Assembly (NCBI RefSeq): GCF_018977255.1
Contig: NW_024704743.1
Coordinates: forward strand, 47,246,001 to 47,310,000
Reading direction: 5' to 3'
From: Callorhinchus milii
Taxonomy: Eukaryota
Length of the DNA: 64,000 nt
A program made the translations under genes and the position numbers. Below the pieces are notes generated by a model. The model was not told where the DNA came from. It saw only the letters and a program-made list of their open reading frames with translations, and made no database searches. Of the stretch, positions 37,301 through 47,630 are shown piece after piece (position 1 is the first letter of the stretch; each line of letters begins with the position of its first letter).

Positions 37301-40300
37301 CCTCCACTCTCGATTCCCTTACTCCTCTCTCTTCTCAAACCGTCTACTATTCACGCAAATCGCCCTGGTACACCAGTCACTTCCGCTCCCTTAAAGCCGA
37401 GGAGCATTCCGCCGAGCGCACCTGGCTTAAATCAAACCTAACTGTCCATCGGCAGATCTGGCTGTACTATGTCAAATCCTACCGCTCTGCCCTCGCCTCC
37501 GCAAAATCGTCGTTCTACTCCATGACAATCTTGGAGGCTAAGAACAACCCCAGGCTCCTCTTCTCGATTACGAACTGGCTCCTCCGCCCACCCTCTCACA
37601 CCTCACCCATCCTCACCTCAAATGCCAACAGCAAGGCGATGCTGGACTTCCTCGAATCCAAAGTCGAGGGAATCCACTCAGCTGCCACTGCATCTGCTAG
37701 ACCATCCCCATCTCCCCCTTCCACCCAGGCCCCTACCCACCACTCCCTCTACACTTTTGAACCTGTCTCCCCCTCCTCTCTCATCGCCATAACCTGTATG
37801 AAACCTACCACCTGCTCCCTCAATCCCATCCCTACCCCTCTCCTTACCTCCCAGCTCTACCTCATTGCCCCTCTACTCACTGACATTGTAAACCTCTCCC
37901 TGTCCTCTGGTACTGTTCCCACCCCGTTAAAACCCACTGTCATCACTCATATCCTTAAAAAAAACCTCCCTGGACCTTTCTCTACTCCCTAACTATGGCC
38001 CCATCTCCAACCTCCCCTTCCTCTCCAAGGTGCTGGAATGAGTTGTTACTTCTCAGCTTAGCTCCTTCTTCTCCTGCCACTCCCTTCTCGAACCCCTCTA
38101 ATTGGGGTTCCATCCCACCCACAGAAACACCCCTGGTCAAAGTGACAAATGACATTCTGTCCATCTGTGACCTGGGCTCCCTCTGCCTCCTCGTCCTCCT
38201 TGACCTCTCTGCTGCTTTCGACACCGTCGACCATTCTATCTTCATCCACCGCCTCTCCTCTCACCTCAACAGCACTGTCCTTGACTGGTTCAGATTGTAT
38301 CTCTCACACTGCCTGCATTTCATCTCCTCAAAAAGCTTCTCCTCTAGCCCCCGGATCATCCCGTGCGGCATTCCTCAGGTCTTTGAACATGGTCCCTTCC
38401 TCTTCAATATCTGTATGCTCCCTCTTGGTGACATCATCCGCATGTGGTCAACTTCCACATGTATGTAGATGATACCCAACTCTACCTCTCAGCTTCCACC
38501 CTCGACTCCAGGATCACTGCTGTCCTGACAGAATGTCTGTCACACATCAAGTCCTGGATAAGAGCTAACTTTCTTCAGTTGAACATCAACAAGACCGAGG
38601 CTCTCCTGATTGGCTCCAGTCAGCGCCTCCTCATCTCAGGCACTGACAGCATCACCATCCATGGTTGACACTCCACCTTACTAAGCCAGTCCGGAACCTT
38701 GGGGTCTTGTTTGACCCATGTCCTCTCCCATACTAGGCTCCGTGACCCTATCACCCCCATCCTTGCCCAACTCCACTGGCTTCCCATCACACAGAGGATA
38801 CAGTTCAAGATCCTGGTCTTCACCTTCAAAGCCCTCCGTGGTTTTGTTCCCCCCTACATCTCCGACCTCCTAACCCCCTCCCATCCTGTTTGCTTCCTCC
38901 GCTCAGCGGACTCTGGCCTACTTCACATCCCCCGCCTTGCTTGCTCCACTATTCGCAGGCGGGCCTTCCGCCACTCTGCCCCCACCTCTGGAACTCCATC
39001 CTGCAGTCCCTCCATCTCGCACTCCCCCCAATCCCCCCCCCCCCACTGCCTCCTTCAAGACTCATCTCAAGACCCTCCTTTTCCTCCATGCTTTCGATGT
39101 CCCTGCTTCCCCCCCTCCCACACCCGACCCCTAGGTCGGGTTCGTATCTCTGTCTGTCCAATGCTTTCGGACGTCCCCCCGACGTGAAAGGCACTATACA
39201 AATTTAATTTTGTTGTTGTTTTGTCTCTTGAGAAGAGGTAAGCTGTGTCCTTTTGGTAGCTGAGCTTGGCGACCAAAATTGAGTCAATCTTCTGTGTCAG
39301 TTCCATTTCCTGAACCAGACAGGTCTTCAGTCCTCCAGGGGATTGCTGATGTCAGACCAGCCAGCTTGGCTCTTCAGTAGGAATGTTGAGAGGGATGGTG
39401 GCAGACCAGTTACTGGGAGCAGGGATTCACTTCTTCTCACTCAGCTCCTGTTATCCCCTCAAGTCAAAGCCTTTACCGGGTAGAATTATCCTTGAAAGCT
39501 CTCAATGGAAAGCTGTGAGACAAGCTGTGAAGTCCATCAGTACCCCATTGCACATGCTGGGATCCCCAAGCTGCTTGCGGACCTGCACCTACTTCTGTTC
39601 ATAATTGGGTAAGAAGGGCGCATCCCTCCAAGGACAGAGTGTGTATTCCATTCCAGACACAGGGAATGTGTAAGTGTCATACAGAGATGGAACTCTCAGC
39701 AGGACGATGGGTTTCCACATGTGTCAGACACCAGACTGACTAAAAAAATCACTGTGGTTTGCTGTTCATTTAACATAATTCACTCCTATTGCCTCTGCCA
39801 TAGGAAGCAATAGGAGTGGATTATGTTAAATGAACAGCTAATTTATTCAACAGCATCTCATTGAGTTTTTGGGTGCCTTATTTTACATCAGTTAAGAAAA
39901 AGGTTTTTTAAAAGCTAAAACAGATGCACCATGTCTGTCTCTCTCAGTGCCATTAACACGTCATTGATGAATACATCGAATAAGATAGGTGACAATAGGA
40001 AGCCTTGTCTTATCCCCACTTTCAAGAGAGATGGGCTCAGTGAGTCCACTGGCAACCCTTACATGAACAAAGAGGAGTGAATCATTGCAGTCAGCAAGCT
40101 ATTGAAGAGAATAACTTAATTAGGTGGGATAATTTATTTATCCCATAGTTATTTTTGTTACTACATGAGTTTATTTTTTTCCCTTCAAAGCTCAAGAAGG
40201 CTTCAATCTATGAGAATCTCTAATTGGGTAGTCATGTTGTTTAATTAGTGTACACTAAGCACATTTCTAAAAGGTTTTAGCAAGTTGAACCCCGAGGCTT

Positions 40301-43300
40301 TGTGTTCTGTGTTTTTATAGATAGCCATTCCAGTAAAAATAAAAAAATGGTTACAACCCAAATTATGCAGTCCTCAAAGCTTGGGTTTATTACATTTGTG
40401 CAAATCAGAAGCTCACAGATGCTTCCAAACTCAGGTCCAGATGGTGACAGCCCTGAGACAGGAAGGAGGAAGTTTGAGATTCCTTTTTTTTAATGTATTA
40501 AAAAGAACCCAAGAAGAATGATTCCTTTGTGTGTTCACTTTACTAGCAAATTTTCACATATGTTAGGCACTGGTACTGAGTGGTGTGGGAAAGAAGGCAC
40601 AAACAGTCGCATGCTGAGCCGAACGTTAAAACGCATGAATAGACCGTCGCATGTGTTCTGATACAAGAGTCTGTTAATATTTATAAACCTTTTTCTTAGT
40701 TGTTGCCAGTTCATTACCGGTTTGAAAAGTGAGCACAAGGAGTTCATAAAAAGTGTAATGGTTTTACCTGCTTCCTGTAACCCTATAGTAACAAATGCAC
40801 GGGTTATTAATGCTATTTACATGTTTATTCCAATATTATTTAAATCCCCCAAAATGTGTATCTCTAAGCCACACGAGTGGTGAGATTTTGTCTGTACAAT
40901 GTTGGGTTAATAAGTAAATAAATAGTGAGGAGTCCTGACATGCTAACTTGTATTAATCTCTACAAAATGTGACTGTTCAGTGAATTTTTGCCCACTTAAT
41001 AAAAGAAAAGTGAATCAAATCAAGGCTAGAGTTTGAAAAATGGACATGTGCCGCAGCAGTATCCTAAGAAAATGCATTCTACTTCTGTGCTGTAATCTTG
41101 ACGTCTTTAGAAAGCTGTTTTACTGGTGGCTGAAACAAACCAGTTGGATTTCCCATTTTTGATTATTGTTATGTGCCTTACCTGCTTGTGGCAGATTGTT
41201 TGGCATGTCAAGTATAAAACAAACCAGATTGTAACCAGACAGTAGAAATAAAAAGAAAACTACAGATGCTGGAAAATGGAAATCAGTAGTGGGCCATTTA
41301 ACATCTAAATGAGAAAAGATGGGTTATGTTTCAGGAGTGAAAGAGCATTGCTGTTTATCTTTCTCATTCAGATGTAGATGTATATACAATGTATTTTTTT
41401 TTAAAAATACATATTCAATGCCTTTCTTGCCTATTACTTTAAAAAGAACAAAATGCCAGGCCATGATTTTACATGTTGTGATCTCCAAATCTCAAGATGG
41501 GTAGATAGGAAGATGCCTCCAAAAGATATACTGTGTGAGAAGTAGCCTTTTCGCTCAATTTTGTTACAGGCCATTCTTAGGAAGCTTCAACATTTCCATC
41601 TGTGTGCTAGGGATGTTTACATAGTATTGCCAAATGTTTTGTGGCTTCAGGAAATGCTTTTGAACGAAGGGTTACCAGGTGCCCCAAGTGTCATATTTCA
41701 GAGCTTGTTATTATAATGGGATTGCTGATGTTTACATATGTCTTTTATTGACCTATGTGATGTGGACTTTGGGAGTTTTGGTAAGTTTTTTGACTTGAGT
41801 TTCTGTTAATGCTATTTTGTTCACATTTCTTTAACATCCCTGTGAGCCTGTTTAGCCTGTTTTCTATTTTAACCTTGCTATTCTTTGTCAACCTAGATCA
41901 TACTAAAATCTATATTTTGAATGGCACTGACTTGCAAGGATAGCTGGCACTTTTCATTTCTGAAAATAATCCATCAAAATATTAGTGGCTTGGGCTAAAG
42001 TGCTGTAATAGTGAATTATAATTTATTCAGAATTAAAGCTCTTTAAAAATGTTTTGACAAATGCCTTGTTGTTCTAACGTTCAATTGTGGTGGAGTTGAA
42101 CTTGTAACCAATTTCTGCTAACGTGACTTTATCGCTAGCCATGAGAAGATGTATAAGAAGGTGTACAGGCAGGGTGAAACCTTGGGCAAGTTTCCTTACT
42201 CCACACTCCTAATAATAATCCCTCCAAAACCAATAATAAATTGGTCATTTTCAATCTACGACTGTTTGTGGGACATTGCTGTGCGCAATTGGCTGCCGCT
42301 ATCGCCCACAAATATACAGTCAATTCACTTTACAGTGTGTTCTGTGAAGCGCTTTGGGATGTCCTCCCGACGTGAAAAGCGCTATATCAACTGCAAGTAT
42401 TATTATTATAAGTTATGAATGCTGAATTTTGGATTCCAAGACTGATTTATTTTTCTTACAGCCAATTCAAATGTCAAGTTATATTATGGATCTATTTGCT
42501 CCAAAGGAGGACCTTTATTTTAAATCTTGGAAGAGCTTTGATTGTTTTGTTGATTACTTTTCTTTTGGCTCATTTTTTATGCATCCAATTCCTCCAGTCC
42601 ATTGCTTTCAGTCACAAGCCATTTTGGTGAGATTAGTGCTTTCTTGATTAGTATGGGATTGAAACTTCAATGGATCCACAGAATTAACATGGAAGGGGCT
42701 TCAAGCTCCTAGTTTAAATGTGATTTAAAAACGTACCCTTCTTCACTTTATTTTTGCTTTTTGTCAAAGTTCAGAAGTGGCTGAGAGAAGGTGCAGCAGT
42801 GTGCTGGGACTGCTTCTCAGTGTCTTCTTTATTTGCGGGGTCACTCTTATATGCCTATGTTTATGGTATGACATTTTATGTTGCCAACCTCTTGTGCCCA
42901 TTTGACTCGCCGAGATATTAGAATTCCCACCGTAGTGAGGTGGGTTTCTTTTTGTTGTTCGATGTAGTGATCCTTGACAATACACATTTCTTGCCCAAAT
43001 TATACTTTTTCAAAAAAAGGCAAACTGAGCATTCACATATTCTAGATCAGGAACGCATTGAATTCATTTTCTGATTCCAAAAATTCAATTAAAGCCCATT
43101 TGACATAGAGTGGAGGGAAGAATATTGAATTTCTACTACTCCACTGAACTTATGATCTTGCCTTTAATTTTAGTGATGTTCAAAGCAAATTGCTTGCTAA
43201 AAGATCAAGTTAAGTACTAATTTCATTAGAGATCAGGAAACCTGAGATGGGTTTAAATTGGTTTTCCCAAACAAAAACCTGACCAGGTACAGGCCCGAAA

Positions 43301-46300
43301 TTCTATCAAAGTTAGTGGCATTAAATGATAGAATTTGGAGACTCAAATAATGTAACCAGTTTTAAAATCTTAAGGAAATTTCACAGACGTTTTTTAAAAA
43401 ATCAACCTTATCAATTGACGTCATTCAACTGGTGGCATCAACCACCATTCATTTATTTAGTAAATTCCTTCGTATTAGACTGCTCTAATACCAGTGCTGA
43501 TTTATGGTTCATAAATGTTATTGTAAACATACTACTGTACATTCCACTATAGAAGGGGCCAACAGACAGATTGGAGTATATCCAAGGCCCCAAACACAGG
43601 TTCCATGTAAGAACAATATAGTCTACTGTATCCGCTGCTCACGGTGTGGTCTCCTCTATATTGGGGAGACTAAGTGCAGATTGGGTGACCGATTTGCAGA
43701 ACACCTCCGTTCGGTACGCAAGGTCAACCCTGATCTTCTGGTCTCCTGCCATTTCAACTCACACTCCCATTCACAGTCTCACCTCTCCATCTATGGTCTC
43801 CTACAGTGTTCCAGTGATCCACAGCGAAAGCTTGAGGAACAACATCTTATCTATCTGCTACGGACCCTACAGCCCTCTGGCCTCAATATCGATTTCAGCT
43901 ACTTCAGACTGTAACAGCTCACCTTTCCCTCCCACCCCTTCTGTTACCAGAAGAGCTATCTTCTGTTATCACTACAATCATCACCCCAGACACTCTGGTG
44001 TGTTGCCTGTTCTGCACCATTAACACCTCTTCTCCCCAGTTTTGTTTCAACACCCCACCCTTTGTTTAAAAAAAATACCCTTTTTTACGCCACTATCACC
44101 TCTTTAACCCATCAACTATTACATTCTCTCCTTTGTCTTCTCTTTTTTTGTCTTCTTTGTCGTCCTTGTCCTGCCTCCCCCTCTCAACTTGTCCTTAAAA
44201 ATCTCTCCCTCCCAACGTACCCCAGTTCTGACGAAGGGTCGTGGACACGAAACATTGACTCACTTTCCTTTCTCCATAGATGCTGCATGACCCGCTGAGT
44301 TTTCCCACCTCTCTCTGTTTTTGTTTCAGATTCCAGCATCTGCAGTATTTTGTGTTTTGGTGAGATTAGAGTATATGTTCCTTTAAGTGAAACTTTATAA
44401 TCAACTTTTGCTGCTTTCAGCCATAATTATCTGTCTGTTAAAGCAAAATCCTTTGGATCCAACGATAAACCAAGGTCTGTTCAGGTGGACATTAAAGATT
44501 CAATGAAATGATTAAAAAAGAGAAGGAGTTTGTCCTAATGTTCTGGCCAAAGCCCACCCCCCACCACCATTAATATAAAAAAAATTGTCACCCACTCCAT
44601 GACTCTTCGTGGAACTTTGCTGTGCACAAACTGGCTGCAGCATTTTTCCCGCAAAATTCAGTGAATCCACTTTACAGTATATCCTGTGAAGCACTTTTAA
44701 GACGTCTTGACGAAGTGATAAGGCGCTATACCAAATGCAAGTATTATTATTAGTTATTTGTGCAGTGATCCAGAAGCACTTATCTAATTTTTGCCTATAG
44801 ACCATATTGAAAGACTGCCCCCACCATTCAGTTTTGAGAACCCATTGCTGCATGTGGAGATGGAACTAGTGGTGCATAAGAAGCCAATTTGAAGAATTAT
44901 TGCACAATACAGTAAAATTTACATTTATATAGCACCTTTCAGTCAGGAGGATGCCACGAAGCGTGTTCGCAGTGCTTGTTGGGCATCTGAGCTGGGGTTG
45001 GGAGCTGAGGAGGGTTGGGAGGTACTTTGCAAGGCTGTTACTTTTACTTTAAGCTATCATTTTTAGATTTACTATCTATACAAGCCATGACCTGCTCTGC
45101 CTTCCCTCACCTCTGTAGCATTGCCCGACTCTGCCAGTACCTCACCCCTCAGGTCGCTGAAACTCTTGTTCATGCCTTCATCACCTCCAGGCTCCACTAT
45201 GCAAACTCCCTGCTTGTCGGCCTTCCCAACTCCTCCTTCCACAGGCTGCAGATAATCCAGAACTCTGCAGCTTGTGTCCTCTCCTGCACCAAACTCCTTG
45301 ACCCCCTCTCGCCCAACTCCATTGGCTCCCTATCCTTCAGAGGATCCAGTTCAAGATCCTGGTCCTCAACTACAAAGCCCTCCATGGCCTCGCCCCACCC
45401 TACCTCTGCGACCTCCTAACCCCCTATCAACCCGCTCAGCCGACTCTGGCCTTCTCCACATCCCCAACCCACCCGCCCCACCATTGGCGGGAGGGCGTTC
45501 AGCTACTCTGCCCCCAACTACTGGAATTCCATTCCCCCAGTCACTCCGCCTCGCCCCCTCCTTAGCCTCCTTCAAGTCCCGCCTCAAGACCCTCCTCTTC
45601 TCTTTGACCGAGCCTTCAGCTCCCCTCTCGACTCTCGTCCCCCTTCTCGCTCCCTCCCATCCCTCCCCTCACCCTGACCATTTCCCCCCTCCTCGCTCCC
45701 TCCCCTCCCCTGACCATTTCCCCCTGCTCGGGTCATGACCCAACTGTGCAGCGCCTTGGGACGTCCTCCTGACGTGAAAGGCGCTTTATAAATGGAATCT
45801 TGTTGTTGTTCGACGATGCCATCAGTCACCTCCCTTCTCCCCCCTGACCCCTCCCAACCTGAAAGGCGCTGTACAAATGTAATGTTGTTGTATACAATTG
45901 CCACAATACAGTTCTGTAATTACTGTGACATAAAGCAAATGGCTTTGGTGGATTAGTACTTTCCTTCTGAGTGAATCTTCCTTTGAGATGACTTTGCCTG
46001 GAAAGGGATAGGTAGCGTCTGAAAGTACGTTCACCTCCAGACAGCACTGGTGCCACATCCTGCAGGCAGGCTGTTACCTGCCATAAATTACTGTAATGAG
46101 TGGCTGAGAGGGAACTTTGGAATCCCTGCAAATGTTAAATAAATGAGCATGTCTCAATAGATTTCATTTGAGTGGGAGAATGCTTACAATTTGAACATAT
46201 CGGACATGAGCTCTGTTAACATTGTACTTGCTTTTGAAAGAAATACTCAGAGAAGGCTGGAGCAGTAGAAATTTTAATTAACTTACCACTTTTAACACTC

Positions 46301-46916
46301 TAGGATGCCCTAGGATGCTATATGAGGGATGCTATATAAATGCATGTTGTTGTTGAAACTTCAGGGGAGTGATCTAGTTTTTATAAAATAGGGAGAGACA
46401 AAAGAGACAACCAACTTTTTCAAATTCAGGATTTTTTAATATTCATTTGTGGGAAAATTACTACCTATCAAAAAATACATTTTTTATGGATGTGAACTGT
46501 ATTAGTGATCTATTATCACGGTATGTATATATTTTATATTTATAAAATGTTAGTAGTAAATTAACATGTGTGAATTACATATAAAGATTACATAGTTTTG
46601 CCTTACAGATCACTTGTTGTCTAACAACTTATTTTACTGTTGATTCTGACAAGCAATAGGTAATATTTAACATCCACTACAATGATGTGTTTGTATAAAA
46701 AACGTATAGTATTAATAAATGAAAGAACAGAAAGATGATTTCCAACATTGTTAAATATGTTCTTATTTTAAGAATATGGATTTTATCTCATTCTTATTAT
46801 CTCTTCTGTTCTAGGTAATTGTTCGAGGTGGAGGACATATTTTACCTTACGATCAACCTGAAAGGGCATTTGACATGATTGACCGCTTCATCTCTGGGAA
46901 AGGAAACTACAAGTGA
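11198..46916 (+). CDS. CPVL: Probable serine carboxypeptidase CPVL (peptidase S10), 12 coding exons; ~477 aa if the 1-nt deletion in coding exon 10 is corrected
   Basis: Manual splicing of 11198-11378, 13594-13712, 16741-16855, 19337-19395, 20641-20720, 21857-21923, 23781-23903, 24188-24319, 26057-26155, 28174-28346, 34885-35067 and 46815-46916. All junctions are GT-AG with compatible phases, apart from the 1-nt deficit. S10 motifs: [40 protein letters not shown]. Adjacent to TRIL as in human. Confidence 0.95.
11835..12090 (-). mobile_element. CR1-clade LINE RT fragment (decayed)
   Basis: Minus-strand [15 protein letters not shown], resembling the CR1 RT motif RSCLTNLIEFF. Confidence 0.7.
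12347..12955 (+). mobile_element. Long DeuSINE-like SINE interrupted by an L2 3' fragment (~12550-12790)
   Basis: Head tggctcaggttggtagcact; Deu-like tgagatgttaa..ttcaggtggatgttaaagattccatggc; SINE resumes at ccagtgtcctggccaac. Confidence 0.75.
13594..13712 (+). CDS. CPVL: CPVL coding exon 2 ([10 protein letters not shown]...[24 protein letters not shown])
   Basis: tttttttccag| acceptor, |gtaact donor, 119 nt restores phase 0; YSGYLTV and LFFWFF motifs. Confidence 0.95.
13850..14080 (-). mobile_element. Decayed CR1 3' end
   Basis: Minus-strand KLELQLE... and ...GVNCCHLP remnants. Confidence 0.45.
14445..14850 (+). mobile_element. Long DeuSINE-like SINE
   Basis: Same head, body and tail as the 1199 and 30450 copies. 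Confidence 0.78.
16305..16722 (+). mobile_element. CR1-clade LINE 3' end
   Basis: [30 protein letters not shown] resembles CR1 YxERLxxLGLFSLExRRLRGDLIEVFKIMK, followed by a CR1-like 3' UTR. Confidence 0.8.
16741..16855 (+). CDS. CPVL: CPVL coding exon 3 ([38 protein letters not shown])
   Basis: ctttttacag| acceptor, |gtaagt donor, WLQGGPG motif. Confidence 0.96.
19337..19395 (+). CDS. CPVL: CPVL coding exon 4 ([20 protein letters not shown])
   Basis: atctag| acceptor, |gtaagt donor, 59 nt, phase 1 to 0. Confidence 0.93.
19790..20000 (+). mobile_element. CR1-clade LINE 3' end
   Basis: tttaaaagggaactggataaa (FKRELDK) and tail ...caaatctatgattcta. Confidence 0.7.
20641..20720 (+). CDS. CPVL: CPVL coding exon 5 ([26 protein letters not shown])
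   Basis: aactag| acceptor, |gttaag donor, VGTGFSF motif; not in the ORF track because it is short. Confidence 0.94.
21857..21923 (+). CDS. CPVL: CPVL coding exon 6 ([23 protein letters not shown])
   Basis: acacag| acceptor, |gtgagt donor, phase 2 to 0. Confidence 0.95.
22040..23405 (+). mobile_element. L2-clade LINE 3' fragment (decayed)
   Basis: [13 protein letters not shown], atgtatgcggatgacacccaactctat (YADDTQLY), L2-type tail. Confidence 0.9.
23781..23903 (+). CDS. CPVL: CPVL coding exon 7 (SYAGKYVP...[13 protein letters not shown]), begins with the catalytic Ser
   Basis: tcttcag| acceptor, |gtaagt donor; completes GESYAG. Confidence 0.96.
24188..24319 (+). CDS. CPVL: CPVL coding exon 8 ([16 protein letters not shown]...WVKAFE)
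   Basis: gcacag| acceptor, |gtatgt donor, 132 nt. Confidence 0.93.
26057..26155 (+). CDS. CPVL: CPVL coding exon 9 ([33 protein letters not shown])
   Basis: tttcag| acceptor, |gtaaat donor, 99 nt. Confidence 0.95.
27210..27655 (-). mobile_element. L2-clade LINE 3' fragment
   Basis: Minus-strand [11 protein letters not shown]...AFSLSA..LWNS; L2 tail. Confidence 0.85.
28174..28346 (+). CDS. CPVL: CPVL coding exon 10, frameshifted (EPLDQSYF...[14 protein letters not shown] / [22 protein letters not shown])
   Basis: aaacag| acceptor, |gtgagt donor. 173 nt between phase-0 neighbours; the CPVL-like reading continues in a different frame after ~28280. Confidence 0.9.
30450..30870 (+). mobile_element. 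Long DeuSINE-like SINE, full length
   Basis: A-box tggctcagttgg, B-box ggattcaaacc, Deu-like ggtgccatccttcggatga..aaagatcccatg, tail. Confidence 0.82.
31297..31335. repeat. (GT)n(AT)n microsatellite
   Basis: Directly visible. Confidence 0.9.
32080..32735 (-). mobile_element. L2-clade LINE 3' fragment
   Basis: Minus-strand [20 protein letters not shown]...[13 protein letters not shown]. Confidence 0.9.
32743..34664. mobile_element. Candidate decayed DNA transposon bounded by ~174-bp inverted repeats (32743-32916 and 34491-34664)
   Basis: The arms align as colinear reverse complements at roughly 80-85% identity; the interior carries later SINE insertions. Confidence 0.6.
33919..34230 (-). 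mobile_element. tRNA-headed SINE, short type, full length
   Basis: Near-identical to the other short-type copies. Confidence 0.92.
34885..35067 (+). CDS. CPVL: CPVL coding exon 11 ([21 protein letters not shown]...[13 protein letters not shown]), contains the catalytic Asp
   Basis: ctgttag| acceptor, |gtatgg donor, 183 nt, phase 0-0. Confidence 0.96.
35711..35965 (+). mobile_element. Short-type SINE (5'-truncated) nested in an older minus-strand long SINE (35668-36300)
   Basis: The older element's sequence resumes at 35966 (cccaaagtgcttcac). Confidence 0.88.
36810..39220 (+). mobile_element. L2-clade LINE, ~2.4 kb, 5'-truncated, frameshifted ORF2 (endonuclease end plus RT) with an internal deletion
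   Basis: [59 protein letters not shown]; 3' stem-loop and (TGT)n tail. Confidence 0.93.
39761..39838. repeat. 78-nt hairpin: 32-bp stem, 14-nt loop
   Basis: gctgttcatttaacataattcactcctattgc / gcaataggagtggattatgttaaatgaacagc; 31 Watson-Crick pairs and 1 G-U pair on the + strand. Confidence 0.95.
42168..42410 (+). mobile_element. Short-type SINE (5'-truncated)
   Basis: Near-identical to the 35711 copy. Confidence 0.9.
43580..44360 (+). mobile_element. Penelope-like retroelement 3' fragment: GIY-YIG endonuclease C-terminus plus terminal-repeat region
   Basis: Translation [34 protein letters not shown]...CHFN...[12 protein letters not shown] matches the Penelope GIY-YIG pattern (VY..CxxC..YIGET, EH, HF, PxGLN). 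Confidence 0.9.
44223..44261 (+). ncRNA. Degenerate minimal type I hammerhead ribozyme motif in the Penelope terminal repeat
   Basis: CAGTT-CTGACGA-A-GGGTC-GTG-GACAC-GAAAC-ATT-GACT: cores CUGANGA (44228-44234) and GAAA (44249-44252), stem II, and stem I AGTT/GACT. Confidence 0.65.
44445..44752 (+). mobile_element. Long DeuSINE-like SINE (5'-truncated)
   Basis: ttcaggtggacattaaagat Deu-like body and tail. Confidence 0.75.
45080..45810 (+). mobile_element. L2-clade LINE 3' fragment
   Basis: [29 protein letters not shown]; tail gcgccttgggacgtcctcctgacgtgaaaggcgc...tgttgttgtt. Confidence 0.9.
46815..46916 (+). CDS. CPVL: CPVL last coding exon ([33 protein letters not shown]), contains the catalytic His
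   Basis: ttctag| acceptor, TGA at 46914-46916, GGGH.LPYDQP motif. Confidence 0.96.
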   Translation, partial: VIVRGGGHILPYDQPERAFDMIDRFISGKGNYK

Positions 46917-47053
46917 AGTGCAGTGTGGCCTGTTGTTTGTTTACATTTCCTGTTTTATACAAGACTTCAAAGTGTAAAAATTCTTCAGCCTCGAGCATTG
47001 TAATGCAAGTTTGTCTCCAAAGTTGAGACAAATTTAAGTGAGACAGATGTCAA

Positions 47054-47059
47054 AATAAA
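47054..47059 (+). terminator. Candidate CPVL polyadenylation signal AATAAA
   Basis: AATAAA ~140 nt after the stop codon, followed by T/GT-rich sequence. Confidence 0.6.
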
Positions 47060-47331
47060 TGTTTAAATATTGTGCGTTTATTATTGGGAATCCTCTCCTA
47101 GTTCAATGTTTTTGTATTGCCCACTCTGTCCTGTTGTGCATTTTGCTGACAATATAAATGAATGTTTCTTTAATGGGGGGGAAAGCAAGTTCAAAATCTG
47201 TTTCAAATAAACTCAATTTTATAACTAACAATGTTATAATTATAAACTGGAAATGCATTGGATTCTTCCAGGAATATGTTTAAGATGACCATTTTATTCT
47301 GTTGAAGCCCGGTGCTCAGTAGGCTCCGATC

Positions 47332-47630
47332 TAATAATCCTTGCATTTGATATAGTGCTTTTCACGTCGGGAGGACGTCCCAAAGCGCTTCACAGAATAT
47401 ACTGTAAAGTGAATTGACTGTATATTTGTAGGCGAACTTGGCAGCCAATTGCGCACAGCAATGTCCCACAAACAGTCATGGATTGAAAATGACCAATTTA
47501 TTATTATTTTTGGTTTGGAGGGATTATTATCAGGCGTGTGGAGTAAGGAAACTTGCCCAAGGTTTCGCCCTGCCGGGAATTGAACTCACTTGCAAAGTGA
47601 GTGCTCTAACCACTGAGCTACAGGACTCCA
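47332..47630 (-). mobile_element. Short-type SINE, with a small deletion in the tRNA head
   Basis: Near-identical to the other short-type copies. Confidence 0.9.
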
